A stretch of DNA of 64,000 nt from an uncultured Chitinophagaceae bacterium (GTDB lineage Bacteria > Bacteroidota > Bacteroidia > Chitinophagales > Chitinophagaceae), in the NCBI GenBank assembly GCA_963826435.1, contig CAWGWY010000003.1, forward strand, positions 17,151-81,150, written 5' to 3'. The position numbers were made by a program, and so were the translations under genes. Positions 1 to 10,559 of the stretch are shown piece after piece (position 1 is the first letter of the stretch; each line of letters starts with the position of its first letter). The notes under the pieces were generated by a model. The model was given only the letters and a program-made list of their open reading frames with translations. It was not told the origin of the DNA and searched no databases.

Positions 1-1
1 T

Positions 2-481
2 TACAAAGCCGGATATGTATTTATCATAAGTTTTGTTATAATCTCTGCAACGTATTTAGTCACCTGTATCTTTAATTCGGAAAAAAAATGGATCGGAATA
101 TTATATTTTTTAAAAACGTTTCCACTATTTCTTGCCATGTCCATGGGCCTTTCCCTGCACCACGCAATTGCAGTAATTGAAGGATATGCGGGTAAAAAAA
201 CACCGTTCATCCGTACGCCGAAATTCAATATCGCTGCCGGCAGGCTCTCATTGCTGGAAAATGAATACGCCACGAAATCGGTTTCTTTTATTGTACTGTT
301 AGAGGGGCTTATTGCTATCTATTTTATCGCGGCAATATATTTTGGTTTTCAGTTTCATGAATATGGGATGGTTGCATTCCACGGCATGCTTGCGGTGGGC
401 TTTTCCATGGTATTCTATTATTCTTTAATTCCATCTGCACCTTCCTTCTCCAAAACACTAAAGCCAAAGCCTGCTATTTGA
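2..481 (+). CDS. C-terminal part of a membrane GT2 (cellulose-synthase-like) glycosyltransferase, 5'-truncated by the window
   Basis: The frame of ORF 137..481 is open back to base 2. It has a F-x-RTPK motif followed by hydrophobic helices, and its stop overlaps the next gene start. Confidence 0.75.
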   Translation, partial: YKAGYVFIISFVIISATYLVTCIFNSEKKWIGILYFLKTFPLFLAMSMGLSLHHAIAVIEGYAGKKTPFIRTPKFNIAAGRLSLLENEYATKSVSFIVLLEGLIAIYFIAAIYFGFQFHEYGMVAFHGMLAVGFSMVFYYSLIPSAPSFSKTLKPKPAI

Positions 482-1176
482 AAGATGAAACTATTCCGGT
501 AGTCGTTGTAATAATTCCTGCATACAATGAGGAAGAAGCAATAGCATTGGTCATAAAAGAAATCCCATTCTGGATCGCTGAAATAGTTGTTGTAAATAAT
601 AATTCAAGAGATAATACTGCCGGTGCTGCCCTTCGTGCAGGCGCCACTGTTATTGAGGAGCAAAGGCCCGGTTATGGGCACGCCTGTCTCCGGGGAATAG
701 ACTATGCCAAAAAATTAAACCCAGCCCCGGATATTATTATTTTTATTGACGGAGATTATTCTGATTATCCGTCGGAGATGCAATCATTGGTTGATAAAAT
801 AGTAAATGATGATTGCGATCTTGTTATTGGTTCAAGATCTTTGGGAGAAATTGAGAAAGGTTCAATGACATTCCCGCAGCTGTTTGGAAATTGGCTTGCA
901 ACCAGGTTATTACGATTATTTTACGGTGTAAAATATACAGACCTGGGGCCTTTCAGGGCGGTAAAATTTTCGAGCCTGCTAAAAATGGACATGCGGGACA
1001 CTACTTATGGATGGACGGTGGAGATGCAGTTAATGGCGGCGAAGCTAAAAATGAAAATAGCGGAAGTACCTGTCCGCTACCGAAAAAGAATCGGCTTTTC
1101 AAAAATAAGCGGAACCGTTAAAGGAACTGTATTGGCCGGATACAAAATAATTACAACTATTTTTAAATATCTGTAA
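478..1176 (+). CDS. GT2 glycosyltransferase (DPM1/polyprenol-phosphate glycosyltransferase-like)
   Basis: IIPAYNEE, VVVNNNSRD, GYGHAC, DGD (DxD), VIGSR and YTDLGPFR motifs; TTG start. Confidence 0.9.
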   Translation: MKDETIPVVVVIIPAYNEEEAIALVIKEIPFWIAEIVVVNNNSRDNTAGAALRAGATVIEEQRPGYGHACLRGIDYAKKLNPAPDIIIFIDGDYSDYPSEMQSLVDKIVNDDCDLVIGSRSLGEIEKGSMTFPQLFGNWLATRLLRLFYGVKYTDLGPFRAVKFSSLLKMDMRDTTYGWTVEMQLMAAKLKMKIAEVPVRYRKRIGFSKISGTVKGTVLAGYKIITTIFKYL

Positions 1177-1202
1177 CAATTTATAACCTCATCGTTTAAA
1201 AG

Positions 1203-2546
1203 ATGTTGCCCAATAAAAAAATCCCTGCTCTGCTTGCTATGCTCGTAATGATAGCCGCACTCATAGTTATCGGATATTTTATTGAAAGAACACAATTTAC
1301 TTTTTTTATTATCTCGTCAGGAATTAGTTTCTCATGTTTTCTCTTTCTTTTAAAAAATAAATCCTTTTCTGTAAGCCATCTACTCTACTTCTCAATTATT
1401 TGCAGGGCGATTTTTATATTTTCAATCCCCGCCCTAAGTGATGATTACTTTCGTTTCTTGTGGGACGGTCATCTGACTAACATGGGCATCAATCCTTTCC
1501 TGGCATTGCCTTCAGCATTACTGCAGCAAAATGGAATTAGCGGAAATGAATTGATGCAGTTTCTATATGCACACATGAACTCCCGGAATTACTTTAGTGT
1601 GTACCCCGGCGTTATGCAGGGCTGCTTTTCAGTCGCAACCTGGCTGTTTCCTCATTTCATAAAGAGCCCGTTAATTATTTTGCATTTTGTGATGATGCTG
1701 GCTGAGTTAGGAACTATTTACTTCGGGCTGAAGATTCTTAGGGTTGTGCAATTGCCTTCGAAAAATATTTTATGGTATGCGCTGAATCCGCTTGTGATAA
1801 TAGAACTTACCGGAAACCTGCATTTCGAGGCATTGATGATTTTTTTCTGCGCCGCATCATTCTATTTTCTATTAAAGAATAGGGCAATACTATCTGCCAT
1901 ATTTTTAAGCCTTGCAATAGCCACCAAATTACTGCCATTAATATGCCTTCCGTTCTTTTTGAAATATTTTGAAAAAAGAAACAGGGTACCATTTGTCGCC
2001 GGAATCATTTTAACTACTTCGATTTTATTCATTCCCGTTCTGAATCCTTTATTTATAAAACATCTTTTTGAAAGTATTGGCCTTTATTTTCAATCTTTTG
2101 AATTTAACGGAAGCATTTACAAACTGCTGAGATGGGCAGGTTACCAGTTAACAGGTAATAATATCATTCAATTTTCAGGAATATTTTTGCCATTTATCGT
2201 GTTGGTATCAATCGTCCTGGTTTATACACGTCAAAAAAAATATTCCGAGAAATCCCTGTTGAATTCCCTGTTATTTTCTTTCACGATATATTTTGCTTTA
2301 GCTTCTATCGTTCACCCCTGGTATATAACAATGCTCGTCTTCATTAATATTTTTTTAAACTATAAGTTTATATATCTCTGGTCTGCGACGATACTTCTCT
2401 CCTACTTTGCATATCGCCAAATTCCGTATGCTGAAAATGAGCTGATGTCTTTGTTGGAATATGTGCCTGTATTAATTGTAATGGCGTGGGAATGGCGGCT
2501 TTTACGGGATATAAATCAACGCGATATTTTCAAAATGCTTTTATAG
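1203..2546 (+). CDS. Polytopic membrane glycosyltransferase (GT-C fold, GT87/mannosyltransferase-like)
   Basis: SDDYFRFLWDG, YP, LNPL..E..GNLH and VHPWY motifs; many TM helices; lies in an operon with two GT2 genes. Confidence 0.75.
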   Translation: MLPNKKIPALLAMLVMIAALIVIGYFIERTQFTFFIISSGISFSCFLFLLKNKSFSVSHLLYFSIICRAIFIFSIPALSDDYFRFLWDGHLTNMGINPFLALPSALLQQNGISGNELMQFLYAHMNSRNYFSVYPGVMQGCFSVATWLFPHFIKSPLIILHFVMMLAELGTIYFGLKILRVVQLPSKNILWYALNPLVIIELTGNLHFEALMIFFCAASFYFLLKNRAILSAIFLSLAIATKLLPLICLPFFLKYFEKRNRVPFVAGIILTTSILFIPVLNPLFIKHLFESIGLYFQSFEFNGSIYKLLRWAGYQLTGNNIIQFSGIFLPFIVLVSIVLVYTRQKKYSEKSLLNSLLFSFTIYFALASIVHPWYITMLVFINIFLNYKFIYLWSATILLSYFAYRQIPYAENELMSLLEYVPVLIVMAWEWRLLRDINQRDIFKMLL

Positions 2547-2558
2547 TACCTTTAAATT

Positions 2559-2840
2559 ATGGCAGAGTTTACAATCGGTGACGCGTTAAAAGAGTTCCTT
2601 AAAAAGAGTAGATTAAAAGGAGGTGTACAGGCATTACAAATAGAAGATGCCTGGGAAAAAATAATGGGAAAAACCATTGCCCGTTATACCGATAAAATTG
2701 AGATCATCAATTCCACACTTTTTATATCATCTTCAGTAGCTCCGCTAAAAAACGAATTGCTTTATCAAAAAGAAAAAATAATTGAAAGAGTAAATGAAGC
2801 CCTGGGAGAAAAGGTAATAAAGGAGGTTGTGATAAGGTGA
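2559..2840 (+). CDS. dciA: DUF721 / DciA family protein
   Basis: 93 aa with W..IMG..IA.YT, L.I..S.APLK.EL and I.RVNE.LG pattern. Confidence 0.8.
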   Translation: MAEFTIGDALKEFLKKSRLKGGVQALQIEDAWEKIMGKTIARYTDKIEIINSTLFISSSVAPLKNELLYQKEKIIERVNEALGEKVIKEVVIR

Positions 2841-3043
2841 GGCAGGCATGTTTCGGGTGCGGCCAGGGAAATGCTTTATCGAACATCATACGGACAAGCC
2901 TTACGAATTTATTTTGCAGAGTTTCGGGCCGAACAGGGCTTTTCAAAATTTATGCAAACCGGAAAATGCAAAAAGATTTTACGTTACAAGAGCATTAACA
3001 AACCCGGTTATGTCTCATAAACGAATCGTCTAAACGCTTGTAA

Positions 3044-3207
3044 TTAACTTACAATTGGCGAAATATATTGTATCCTATTTCCAGGGGTCCAGCCGCTTAC
3101 AGAATCTGACTGCGTCGGCCACACCCGGATTCGCACAACCGGTGCCATGACTTCTTTAGGCAATATATCAATAGCCACGGTAAAAGCACGGGTACCATCC
3201 ACCCGCA
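3044..3207 (-). pseudogene. Decayed fragment of an ExuT-like MFS transporter paralog
   Basis: The minus frame reads [23 protein letters not shown], which aligns with [23 protein letters not shown] of the intact transporter at 3627-4925. Confidence 0.5.
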
Positions 3208-3214
3208 AAATTTA

Positions 3215-3643
3215 TTGGGGACTTTGTTTGGTAAATTAAGAGGAAAAAAATGTCAACCTTATGGAAGCGACGTTCGTATCCATATTCAATCAAACACTTT
3301 ATTTGCTTATCCTGATATCTCCATTATTTGCGGAGAAATAATTACACTCAATAATGATGATCATAATGTTTTGAATCCTTCCGTAATCATTGAAGTGCTT
3401 TCCAACTCTACTAAAAATTATGACCGCGGAGAAAAATTCAAATTGTACCGCGACATACCCACGTTAAGAGAATACATACTGGCAGATTCTGAAAGCATAT
3501 ATGTTGAGGTGTTCAGATTAAACGAAAACAAGCATTGGGAATTGGAAGAATATAATTCCGTTGAAGATCTTCTTTGTATTAAAGAGATTGAAGGAAAAAT
3601 TTTGATTTCAGAAATTTATGACGGCGTTAAGATTGAAGGGTGA
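3215..3643 (+). pseudogene. Uma2 (DUF820) family endonuclease-like gene, N-terminally truncated
   Basis: [29 protein letters not shown] motifs. The usual N-terminal segment (YL..E...HEY..G.I..M.G...H) is missing, and the upstream in-frame sequence is unrelated. Confidence 0.7.
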
Positions 3644-4925
3644 TCTTGTTGGTATCAGCTTTCCTCGTCAGCAAATGTATTATTCCCAGGGCCACCAAAT
3701 AAGTAAATCCGCAAATGGTAAAGAGTACATTATACCCCGCTTCCAGGTGCCCTGCGGCTTTATAGCTATCTAATAAAGTCCCTACCAATATTGGAAAAAG
3801 AATGCCTCCTATAGCTCCGGCCATCCCTCCTATTCCAACAACAGAAGCTACAGTTTCTTTAGGAAACATATCGGACGCCATCGTAAATACATTGGTAGCC
3901 CACGCCTGGTGTACGGCCACGGCAAGACTTAACAAACCAACGGCCAACCATACATGACTTACAAATTGAACGGTAATAACGGAGAGTTCCAGAAAGGCAA
4001 ACAGCAACAAGGCTGCTTTCCTTGCCTTCAAAGTGGGCCGTCCTTTTTTTATGAGCCACGAGGAGAAATATCCGCCGCCTATGCTACCCACTGTGGTGGC
4101 CAAATAAATGATCATTAGTTCAAAGCTCGGTTTTGTTAAATCCAAATTGAACGTGGAAGCAAAATAAGAAGGCAGCCAAAATAAAAAGAACCAGTATATT
4201 GGATCTATCAATGCTTTGCCCGTAATAAAAGCCCATGTTTGCGGAAGCGCAAATAATTTAAGCCATGGTATATTTTGTTTGTCTCCGGTGTCTAAATTTT
4301 CCTGGCCACTTTTTATTAATTCATATTCTTCGGCTGATAATCGCTTTTGCTTGGATGGTATTTCATAAAGCCACCACCAAAGCAGCAGCCAGATAAAACC
4401 AAGCGCCCCGGTAATGAGAAAAACCTGCGGCCAATCATAATACCGGAGTATTAGCGGAGCTATCACCAATGCCATTACCACACCAATGCTGGTTCCTGCA
4501 TTGAATATCCCGGTGGCAAGGCCTCTTTCGTTTTTCGGAAACCATTCGGCAACAGTTTTCATGGCGGCCGGGAAGTTCCCTGCTTCGCCAAGGCCTAACC
4601 CGATCCTCGCTGCAATGAAGCCCCATACATTTTTTGCCCATGCATGAAACATGCCCGCCACACTCCATACGATTATTGAAATGGTATACCCCATTTTGGT
4701 TCCGACCTTATCAATGATTTTTCCCATAAGCAAAAGCCCTGCAGCATAAGCCGCAGTAAAAGCCATAACAATATGGGAGTAGTCTATTTCTTTCCAGTGA
4801 AATTCATTTTCTAATATTGGTTTTAGCAAGCCTATTACCTGCCGGTCGAGGTAATTAATGCAGGTAGCGAAGAACAACAGGCCTACAATAATCCATCGGT
4901 AATTTTTGATCTTAGGAGAAGACAT
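3627..4925 (-). CDS. MFS transporter, ACS family (ExuT hexuronate/acid-sugar-like)
   Basis: [28 protein letters not shown] and FWLP motifs; about 12 TM helices. Confidence 0.9.
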   Translation of the reverse strand: MSSPKIKNYRWIIVGLLFFATCINYLDRQVIGLLKPILENEFHWKEIDYSHIVMAFTAAYAAGLLLMGKIIDKVGTKMGYTISIIVWSVAGMFHAWAKNVWGFIAARIGLGLGEAGNFPAAMKTVAEWFPKNERGLATGIFNAGTSIGVVMALVIAPLILRYYDWPQVFLITGALGFIWLLLWWWLYEIPSKQKRLSAEEYELIKSGQENLDTGDKQNIPWLKLFALPQTWAFITGKALIDPIYWFFLFWLPSYFASTFNLDLTKPSFELMIIYLATTVGSIGGGYFSSWLIKKGRPTLKARKAALLLFAFLELSVITVQFVSHVWLAVGLLSLAVAVHQAWATNVFTMASDMFPKETVASVVGIGGMAGAIGGILFPILVGTLLDSYKAAGHLEAGYNVLFTICGFTYLVALGIIHLLTRKADTNKITLQS

Positions 4926-4966
4926 AAATGCAATTAGTTATTAGATTATTACGCTGATTAAAAACG

Positions 4967-6214
4967 CTACCAGTTATGAATAGAACCATCAGGACTTTTT
5001 AAAACGGGATGAGGATATTTGGTACTCGCATTTATTTCCATAATAAATCCTGCTTTCTTTGGATCAAATTTTACACCCAGTCCGGGACTGGCGTTCAGGT
5101 ATAATTTTCCATCTCTGAAATCAACAATGTCTTCATTAAAATAAGCGGGCCGCTCCGGAACTCCGCCTGCAATTTCCATAAGGCACCGTGAAAAGCTGCT
5201 CGATCCCAGTACATGCACCAGCGCCGCCGTTGATAATGGCCCTGTAAAATGCGGGATCATTCCCAGGTAATGTGTTTCACATAGTGAAGCAATCTTCTTA
5301 AACTCTGAAATACCTCCTGTATTTGGTAAAGTAACTCTTGTATAGTCAATAAGATTTTGCTCGATCAACTCATTAACATCCCAACGGTCACCGAACTGCT
5401 CGCCCACCGCAATAGGTACAGATGTCATGGAGCGGATTGTTTGATATACACCGGGATTTTCTGACCTTACAATGTCTTCTACAAAATAGGGCTCAAGCTT
5501 CTCGAGTTCTTTACAAATTTTTATAGCTTCAGTCGTATCAAAGCGCGTGTGAAGATCAATAGCCCATCGCCCATTGCCTCCCACAGCATCATCTATTCTT
5601 TTACAGAAATCAATGGTCTTAACAGCATTCTCATAAAAATCAAAGGGCTCCTCTCCATTGCCGCCGGTCGGCCCAATACGGTACGCCCTGAAGCCCGCTT
5701 TGATACAGTCCTGCGCTCTCTCTTCTTCCGTTTTTGCCTTAGACGGGCCGTAACCCGTTGCATAGCATTCTACATAATCGCGGGTGGCGCCGCCGAGTAA
5801 TTCATAAACGGGTACGCCTAATGCTTTTCCCTTTATATCCCACAACGCCATTTCCAAAGCGCCAACTGCATGTAGCTTTTCCCGCCCCGGCGGATAAAAC
5901 ATGCCACGATACAGATCCTGCCATATATGTTCTATCCTGAAGGGATCCTGCCCTATCATCATTTGAGCACATTGTGCAATCATGTCTGCAGAACCGCCTT
6001 CGCCAATTCCTATAAGTCCGCTATCAGTTTCTACTTCTACAATTCCGCGAGCCTGGTTAAAGAGCGGTTTCGTGTAACCTGTTGCGTTATAATACCTGAT
6101 TTTAGCGATCTTCATCTTAGAAGTTACCTCTGTTGCCGGAGTTATAGCGGGGAGACCCGCAAGAATACCAAAAGAGCTGAGGCCCGTTGCTTTAATAAAT
6201 TTCCTTCTATGCAT
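4967..6214 (-). CDS. Mandelate racemase/enolase-superfamily acid-sugar dehydratase with a Tat signal
   Basis: ALWDIKGK.LGVPVYELLGG; metal ligands in DLH, VED and VGE; N-terminus RRKFIK followed by a hydrophobic stretch. Confidence 0.85.
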   Translation of the reverse strand: MHRRKFIKATGLSSFGILAGLPAITPATEVTSKMKIAKIRYYNATGYTKPLFNQARGIVEVETDSGLIGIGEGGSADMIAQCAQMMIGQDPFRIEHIWQDLYRGMFYPPGREKLHAVGALEMALWDIKGKALGVPVYELLGGATRDYVECYATGYGPSKAKTEEERAQDCIKAGFRAYRIGPTGGNGEEPFDFYENAVKTIDFCKRIDDAVGGNGRWAIDLHTRFDTTEAIKICKELEKLEPYFVEDIVRSENPGVYQTIRSMTSVPIAVGEQFGDRWDVNELIEQNLIDYTRVTLPNTGGISEFKKIASLCETHYLGMIPHFTGPLSTAALVHVLGSSSFSRCLMEIAGGVPERPAYFNEDIVDFRDGKLYLNASPGLGVKFDPKKAGFIMEINASTKYPHPVLKSPDGSIHNW

Positions 6215-6394
6215 AGACTGATGTAAAATTTAAAGAAACATGAAGAAATGATTTTTTCAATGTCTGCGGATTATTTTGAAAGTAGCATTTCTTTTTGAAA
6301 AAACTTTATGGAAAACACCATGGCTTTTACCTGTAGTTCAAAAGATTCTGGCAAATACAATTAATAACCCGGTCAATCTTTAATAAAATATTAC

Positions 6395-7942
6395 TTATTT
6401 CATTTCGCCTTCAATAATCATTGCAGTTTTACCAAAATCAAAACTCCTGGCTGTCTCAATTCTAATTTTGTTATCGTCAAAGTGACAGGTATAAGTTTCA
6501 TGGTGCGGACTCTCAACATATCGCAAAACCAATTCAAGCGTATTGGCATCTGTCCATGTATAACTACCGGCGATCTTTGCAGGATAGATCATACTAGTAT
6601 TTTCTATCGCTCTTGAAGTTAATGAAGGAACGGGCATATTTGTTTCGGAAGGCTCCCATTTACCGGCGCCAAAACTTACAGTGTATGTTGCCGTATCCAT
6701 TTGGAACTTTACGTCACATACGTCATCTGTAAAACCGAAAGAGATATTTTGCAGATGCATATCATTAGGCGAGGCTGTAAAATTTTTACCACTAATGGCT
6801 GTTGCAAGCGGCTCTCTCTTTTTTACTTGCAAAGGCAATGCAAGTGAATTTATTTTTTCCTTCAGGATCATAGTCACGGCAGCATCTTCCGGTAACCTGG
6901 TTTTCTTAAACGCGGGTAATAAATATTGCCATACAAGATTGATCTCTTCCTGCATGTCCGGTGTTTCAGCGGTGATGGCAAGTACTGCATCCTGCTCCGG
7001 CATTACTATCATAAACTGGCCGAAAGCCCCGTCACCGCGATACGCATTGTGCCTGCACCGCCACATCTGGTAACAATATCCCTGCAACCAATCACTTGAA
7101 TCCTTCTTCGATTGCGGCGCACCCGGGTCCTGCATTATTTTCACCGTACTTGCTTCTTTTACCCATGATGCAGGCAGTATTTGCTTGCCATTCCATTTAC
7201 CTTTTTGTAAAAATAATTCCGCGAACTTTGCCATATCTTCTGTCTTCAGGCGAAGCCCCCAGCCTCCTGTATTAATACCTTGCAAATCTGTTTCCCAATC
7301 CATGCCTTCTATCCCTAGCGGTTCAAATAATCTTGGCTTTAAATAATCCAGGGTTTTTTGCCCGGTTACTTTTTGAATAATAGCGGAGAGCATATAGGTA
7401 CCGAGGGAATTATAAAGGAACACCGTACCCGGCTCGTGAACAATGGGAGTTGCAAGAAAGCCCCGAATCCAGTTGGTATCTTTTGCGGCAACTGCAAACG
7501 ACGGATCAGGTTCTTGTCCGTCAGACATTATCAGCACATCTTTTACTGTAAGTTCAGACAGCCATGCACTCACGGTGTCGGGTAAGTCATTGGTGAAAAA
7601 GGATACAACTTTATCGTTTAAAGTAAGCAGCTTTTCCTGTACCGCAAAACCGATGGCCGTAGCTGTAAAACTTTTGCTGCAGGAATATAAACTATGTTCC
7701 AGGCCGGCACGATAAGGATTCCACCAGCCCTCTGCTATCACTTTGCCATGGCGCAACAACATAAAGCTGTGAAATTCTGTTTTACTTTTTGCAGCGGCAT
7801 CAAGAAAGTCAATGATATTCCCGGATGATACGCCTTCAGCCTCCGGTGTACTCCGCGGCAGCGTAGACGCTTTCTGAGCAATACCATTTAATTGCAGGAG
7901 TAATAAAAGAAGAGGTAAAGCAATAGATTTTCGGAAAATCAT
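6395..7942 (-). CDS. Secreted serine hydrolase, beta-lactamase (class C-like) family
   Basis: Signal peptide; SxxK (SCSK), YNS and GDGAFGQ motifs; C-terminal extension. Confidence 0.85.
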   Translation of the reverse strand: MIFRKSIALPLLLLLLQLNGIAQKASTLPRSTPEAEGVSSGNIIDFLDAAAKSKTEFHSFMLLRHGKVIAEGWWNPYRAGLEHSLYSCSKSFTATAIGFAVQEKLLTLNDKVVSFFTNDLPDTVSAWLSELTVKDVLIMSDGQEPDPSFAVAAKDTNWIRGFLATPIVHEPGTVFLYNSLGTYMLSAIIQKVTGQKTLDYLKPRLFEPLGIEGMDWETDLQGINTGGWGLRLKTEDMAKFAELFLQKGKWNGKQILPASWVKEASTVKIMQDPGAPQSKKDSSDWLQGYCYQMWRCRHNAYRGDGAFGQFMIVMPEQDAVLAITAETPDMQEEINLVWQYLLPAFKKTRLPEDAAVTMILKEKINSLALPLQVKKREPLATAISGKNFTASPNDMHLQNISFGFTDDVCDVKFQMDTATYTVSFGAGKWEPSETNMPVPSLTSRAIENTSMIYPAKIAGSYTWTDANTLELVLRYVESPHHETYTCHFDDNKIRIETARSFDFGKTAMIIEGEMK

Positions 7943-8232
7943 AAAATATATTTTTAGTTGGTTTTTAATTTTTGCCCTTAAACTACTTACAATTTATTTT
8001 CGCAAACCGAAAGAAAGTTACCATAAAAAAAGATGGGCTTAGCCGAATCTTTTCGGATGTATTAAAATCTAATAAACAGCAACAACAGCTAGTCAAAAGA
8101 ATAACAGCGTAACGACGTTGTACCTGCGAATAAATTGAGGGAATAAGCGAACTGGTTCACCCATTTTATTCTTGATATTTTTAACTTCCCGGTGACTTTT
8201 TGAAGAATCGGGAACTTCGCATTTCAATTCCC

Positions 8233-8291
8233 TTAAGGTCAATTTTTTATTTCCTTAACACTTATTTAAAGAAATCTTAAAGAAGCCTTAA
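8233..8291 (+). promoter_or_regulatory. 11-bp-phased TTAA direct repeats, candidate OmpR/PhoB-type operator
   Basis: TTAA at 8255, 8266, 8277 and 8288, plus 8233 in phase, upstream of the 8385 operon. Confidence 0.45.
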
Positions 8292-8349
8292 AATGCTGCT
8301 AGGCAATGTTTTTAACAATCCCGGACATCCGCTTTGTCGTAAATTCAAG

Positions 8350-8375
8350 AGACAAATTTAAAAGACAAATTTAAA
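8350..8375 (+). repeat. 13-bp tandem duplication AGACAAATTTAAA x2 in the 5' UTR
   Basis: Exact copies at 8350-8362 and 8363-8375. Confidence 0.85.
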
Positions 8376-8384
8376 ATCTACACG

Positions 8385-9017
8385 ATGAAAAAAGTATTAT
8401 TATGGTCATTGATATCGGCCGCAATCTCACTTGCTTACATGGGGTGTTCGAAGGAGCCGTTAAATAATTTAACTGAGGATGAATCGAGGATTTATATTAC
8501 AGATCACGATTCTTCTGTGAATTTTTCCAACTATAAAACATACAGCATTTCTGATTCAGTTGCTGTAATAGAAAATGGGAAAGCAACGATGCAATTGGAT
8601 AATTCGGATGTTGCTTACATCGGCGCGGTAAAAAAATATATGACTGCTGCCGGCTTTACATTGGTCGACAAAAGCCAGGATCCTGACCTTGGGGTGAATG
8701 TAAACCATATCATAAACACTACAACCGGTGTTATAAGTTATGGAGATTATTGGGATGACTATGGTGGCTATTGGGATCCTTATTATTGGGGCTATGGCGG
8801 CTATGGCTACTATGTACCTTATGGATATAGCGTATATCAAATAAATGAAGGCGCTATTTCTATAAATCTTTTGGATTTAAAGAATGCTGCCGCCAGTAAT
8901 AAGATTGATGTCGCCTGGACGGGCTTGATCCGGGGACCTGGTATTTTTAACTCAACTGTTGCCGATAACCAGGTTAAAGCACTATTCGACCAGTCACCTT
9001 ATTTGAAGACCAATTAA
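8385..9017 (+). CDS. DUF4136-type lipoprotein
   Basis: Lipobox YMGC, F..YKTY motif, Tyr/Gly-rich loop, EG.I.I.L.D and F.QSPY end. Confidence 0.8.
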   Translation: MKKVLLWSLISAAISLAYMGCSKEPLNNLTEDESRIYITDHDSSVNFSNYKTYSISDSVAVIENGKATMQLDNSDVAYIGAVKKYMTAAGFTLVDKSQDPDLGVNVNHIINTTTGVISYGDYWDDYGGYWDPYYWGYGGYGYYVPYGYSVYQINEGAISINLLDLKNAAASNKIDVAWTGLIRGPGIFNSTVADNQVKALFDQSPYLKTN

Positions 9018-9026
9018 TTATTTATT

Positions 9027-9650
9027 ATGAAAAATATCAAAACAGTATTTATAGCAATAAGCGCCTTTATGTTTTTATCGCTGACAGCTAATGCCCAGAA
9101 AGGCACTTTGCAAATGAATTTAAACTACAACTACGGCATACCGTCAGGCGCATTTAAAAGCGACCTGGTTAAAGATAATGCTCCACGTGGAGGGCGAGGC
9201 TCGATTATGTATTCTTTTGCTGACCGGCTTTCAGCGGGACTAGAATCCGGTTACCAGGATTACTATCAAAAATATCCGCGTGATCTGTACCATCTTTCCA
9301 ATTCGCAGGATGTATCGGCGGTGCTGACTAATTCCATTCAAACAATACCTATTCTTTTAAAAGCTAAATATTTTCTTGTACCAGCCGCGGCAGTTAAACC
9401 TTATGTTTCTCTTGGAGCAGGCGCCAACATGATTGATTTTAAACAATACCTTGGTGAATTTGGCAGCGGCCAGACAACTGTTGGGTTCCTTGCACAGGGC
9501 GGCCTTGGGGTAATGATACCTTTTAGAAAATTTAGTAATTCCGGAATTAATCTTGGCGCCTCGTATGAGTATGCACCTTACAAAAAAAACGGGTATAAAA
9601 ATCTGAATACGATGAACCTGCAGGCAGGTGTAGTTTTTCCAATACGTTAA
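9027..9650 (+). CDS. Outer-membrane beta-barrel protein (OmpW/OmpA-membrane-domain-like)
   Basis: Signal peptide, alternating beta-strand pattern, PYVSLGAG; coupled to the lipoprotein gene. Confidence 0.8.
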   Translation: MKNIKTVFIAISAFMFLSLTANAQKGTLQMNLNYNYGIPSGAFKSDLVKDNAPRGGRGSIMYSFADRLSAGLESGYQDYYQKYPRDLYHLSNSQDVSAVLTNSIQTIPILLKAKYFLVPAAAVKPYVSLGAGANMIDFKQYLGEFGSGQTTVGFLAQGGLGVMIPFRKFSNSGINLGASYEYAPYKKNGYKNLNTMNLQAGVVFPIR

Positions 9651-9674
9651 CCTGTTAGTTTAAATAAAATGATG

Positions 9675-9704
9675 AAAGCTCCTTGATTATTGAAGGAGCT
9701 TTTT
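9675..9704 (+). terminator. Intrinsic terminator
   Basis: Stem AAAGCTCCTT / AAGGAGCTTT followed by a T-run, after 9650. Confidence 0.8.
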
Positions 9705-9888
9705 GCATTATGGCATGTGGAGTTTCGCAGCCGGGGCGCCAAGTCGTATTCATTTGCTTTGGAAAATTTCGGATGCTTATGAAACAAAAAGATGTAAGGG
9801 GTGCTGTTTAGCTTTACTGCTCACGAATTTAAAAAACACTTAAAAAAAAAGAGTGTCTCCATTTCGGATATCTTAGCTTCGCGTTGGG

Positions 9889-10254
9889 CTACGCCACTCT
9901 CAAAATCTTCTCCATTTTACGGCCTTTTGCCAATTCATCCACCAGCTTATCTAAATACCTTACCTGTTGCGTTAACGGGTTTTCGATCTCTTCCACCCGG
10001 TAGCCGCAGATCAGCCCTGTTATAAGGTTCGCATTAGGGTTTAATGCAGCATTCTGAAAGAATATTTTAAAAGTTACTTTTTCCTCAATCAGCTCCTGTA
10101 GTTTTTTTTCGCCAAAACCGGTTAACCACTCAATGACCTGATGCAATTCTTCTTTCGTTCTACCTTTCCTCTCTACTTTTGCCAGGTACATAGGATATAC
10201 AGAAGCGAATGTCATTCCAGCCATACGCTCATCGTGATTGTTTGCTTTGTTCAT
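9889..10254 (-). CDS. DUF2200 family protein
   Basis: FASVYP.Y..KVE.KGRT, ITG.ICGYRVEEI and RYLDKLVDELAKG motifs. Confidence 0.9.
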   Translation of the reverse strand: MNKANNHDERMAGMTFASVYPMYLAKVERKGRTKEELHQVIEWLTGFGEKKLQELIEEKVTFKIFFQNAALNPNANLITGLICGYRVEEIENPLTQQVRYLDKLVDELAKGRKMEKILRVA

Positions 10255-10559
10255 GCTTTGTATTTTAATATTAATCTCTCAAATTATTTCAACCCACTCT
10301 GGCCGTCCCTTCTACCGGGCATTCTTCAATTATAATTTCTCCAGCCGGTAAGTAAGTATTTGAATTCATGTTGCATTGATTTAAAAAAAGCAATCGTATA
10401 AAATTATTTGGCGAAAAACTTCTTCGTTATTATTATCCTATGATATTATCTTCATCAAGAAATTTTAAAACGTAGCTTACCGCACAAAACCATTTCTACC
10501 AGCCTTGCATCAAAACTATGCATTCTTTTCAACTGAACTTAATCACAAAATTTTTGCTA

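Noticed and set aside
2848-3033. 61-aa ORF after dciA
   Set aside because: No recognisable features; it lies in the decayed region before the MFS relic.
6395-7942. Antibiotic-resistance beta-lactamase
   Set aside because: The SxxK fold with a long C-terminal extension fits the broad esterase/peptidase-like family; no evidence for resistance.
8040-8125. Minus-strand VTLLFF*LAVVAVY*ILIHPKRF, reminiscent of KdpF
   Set aside because: Two internal stops, very short, and no kdpABC nearby; cannot be told from chance.
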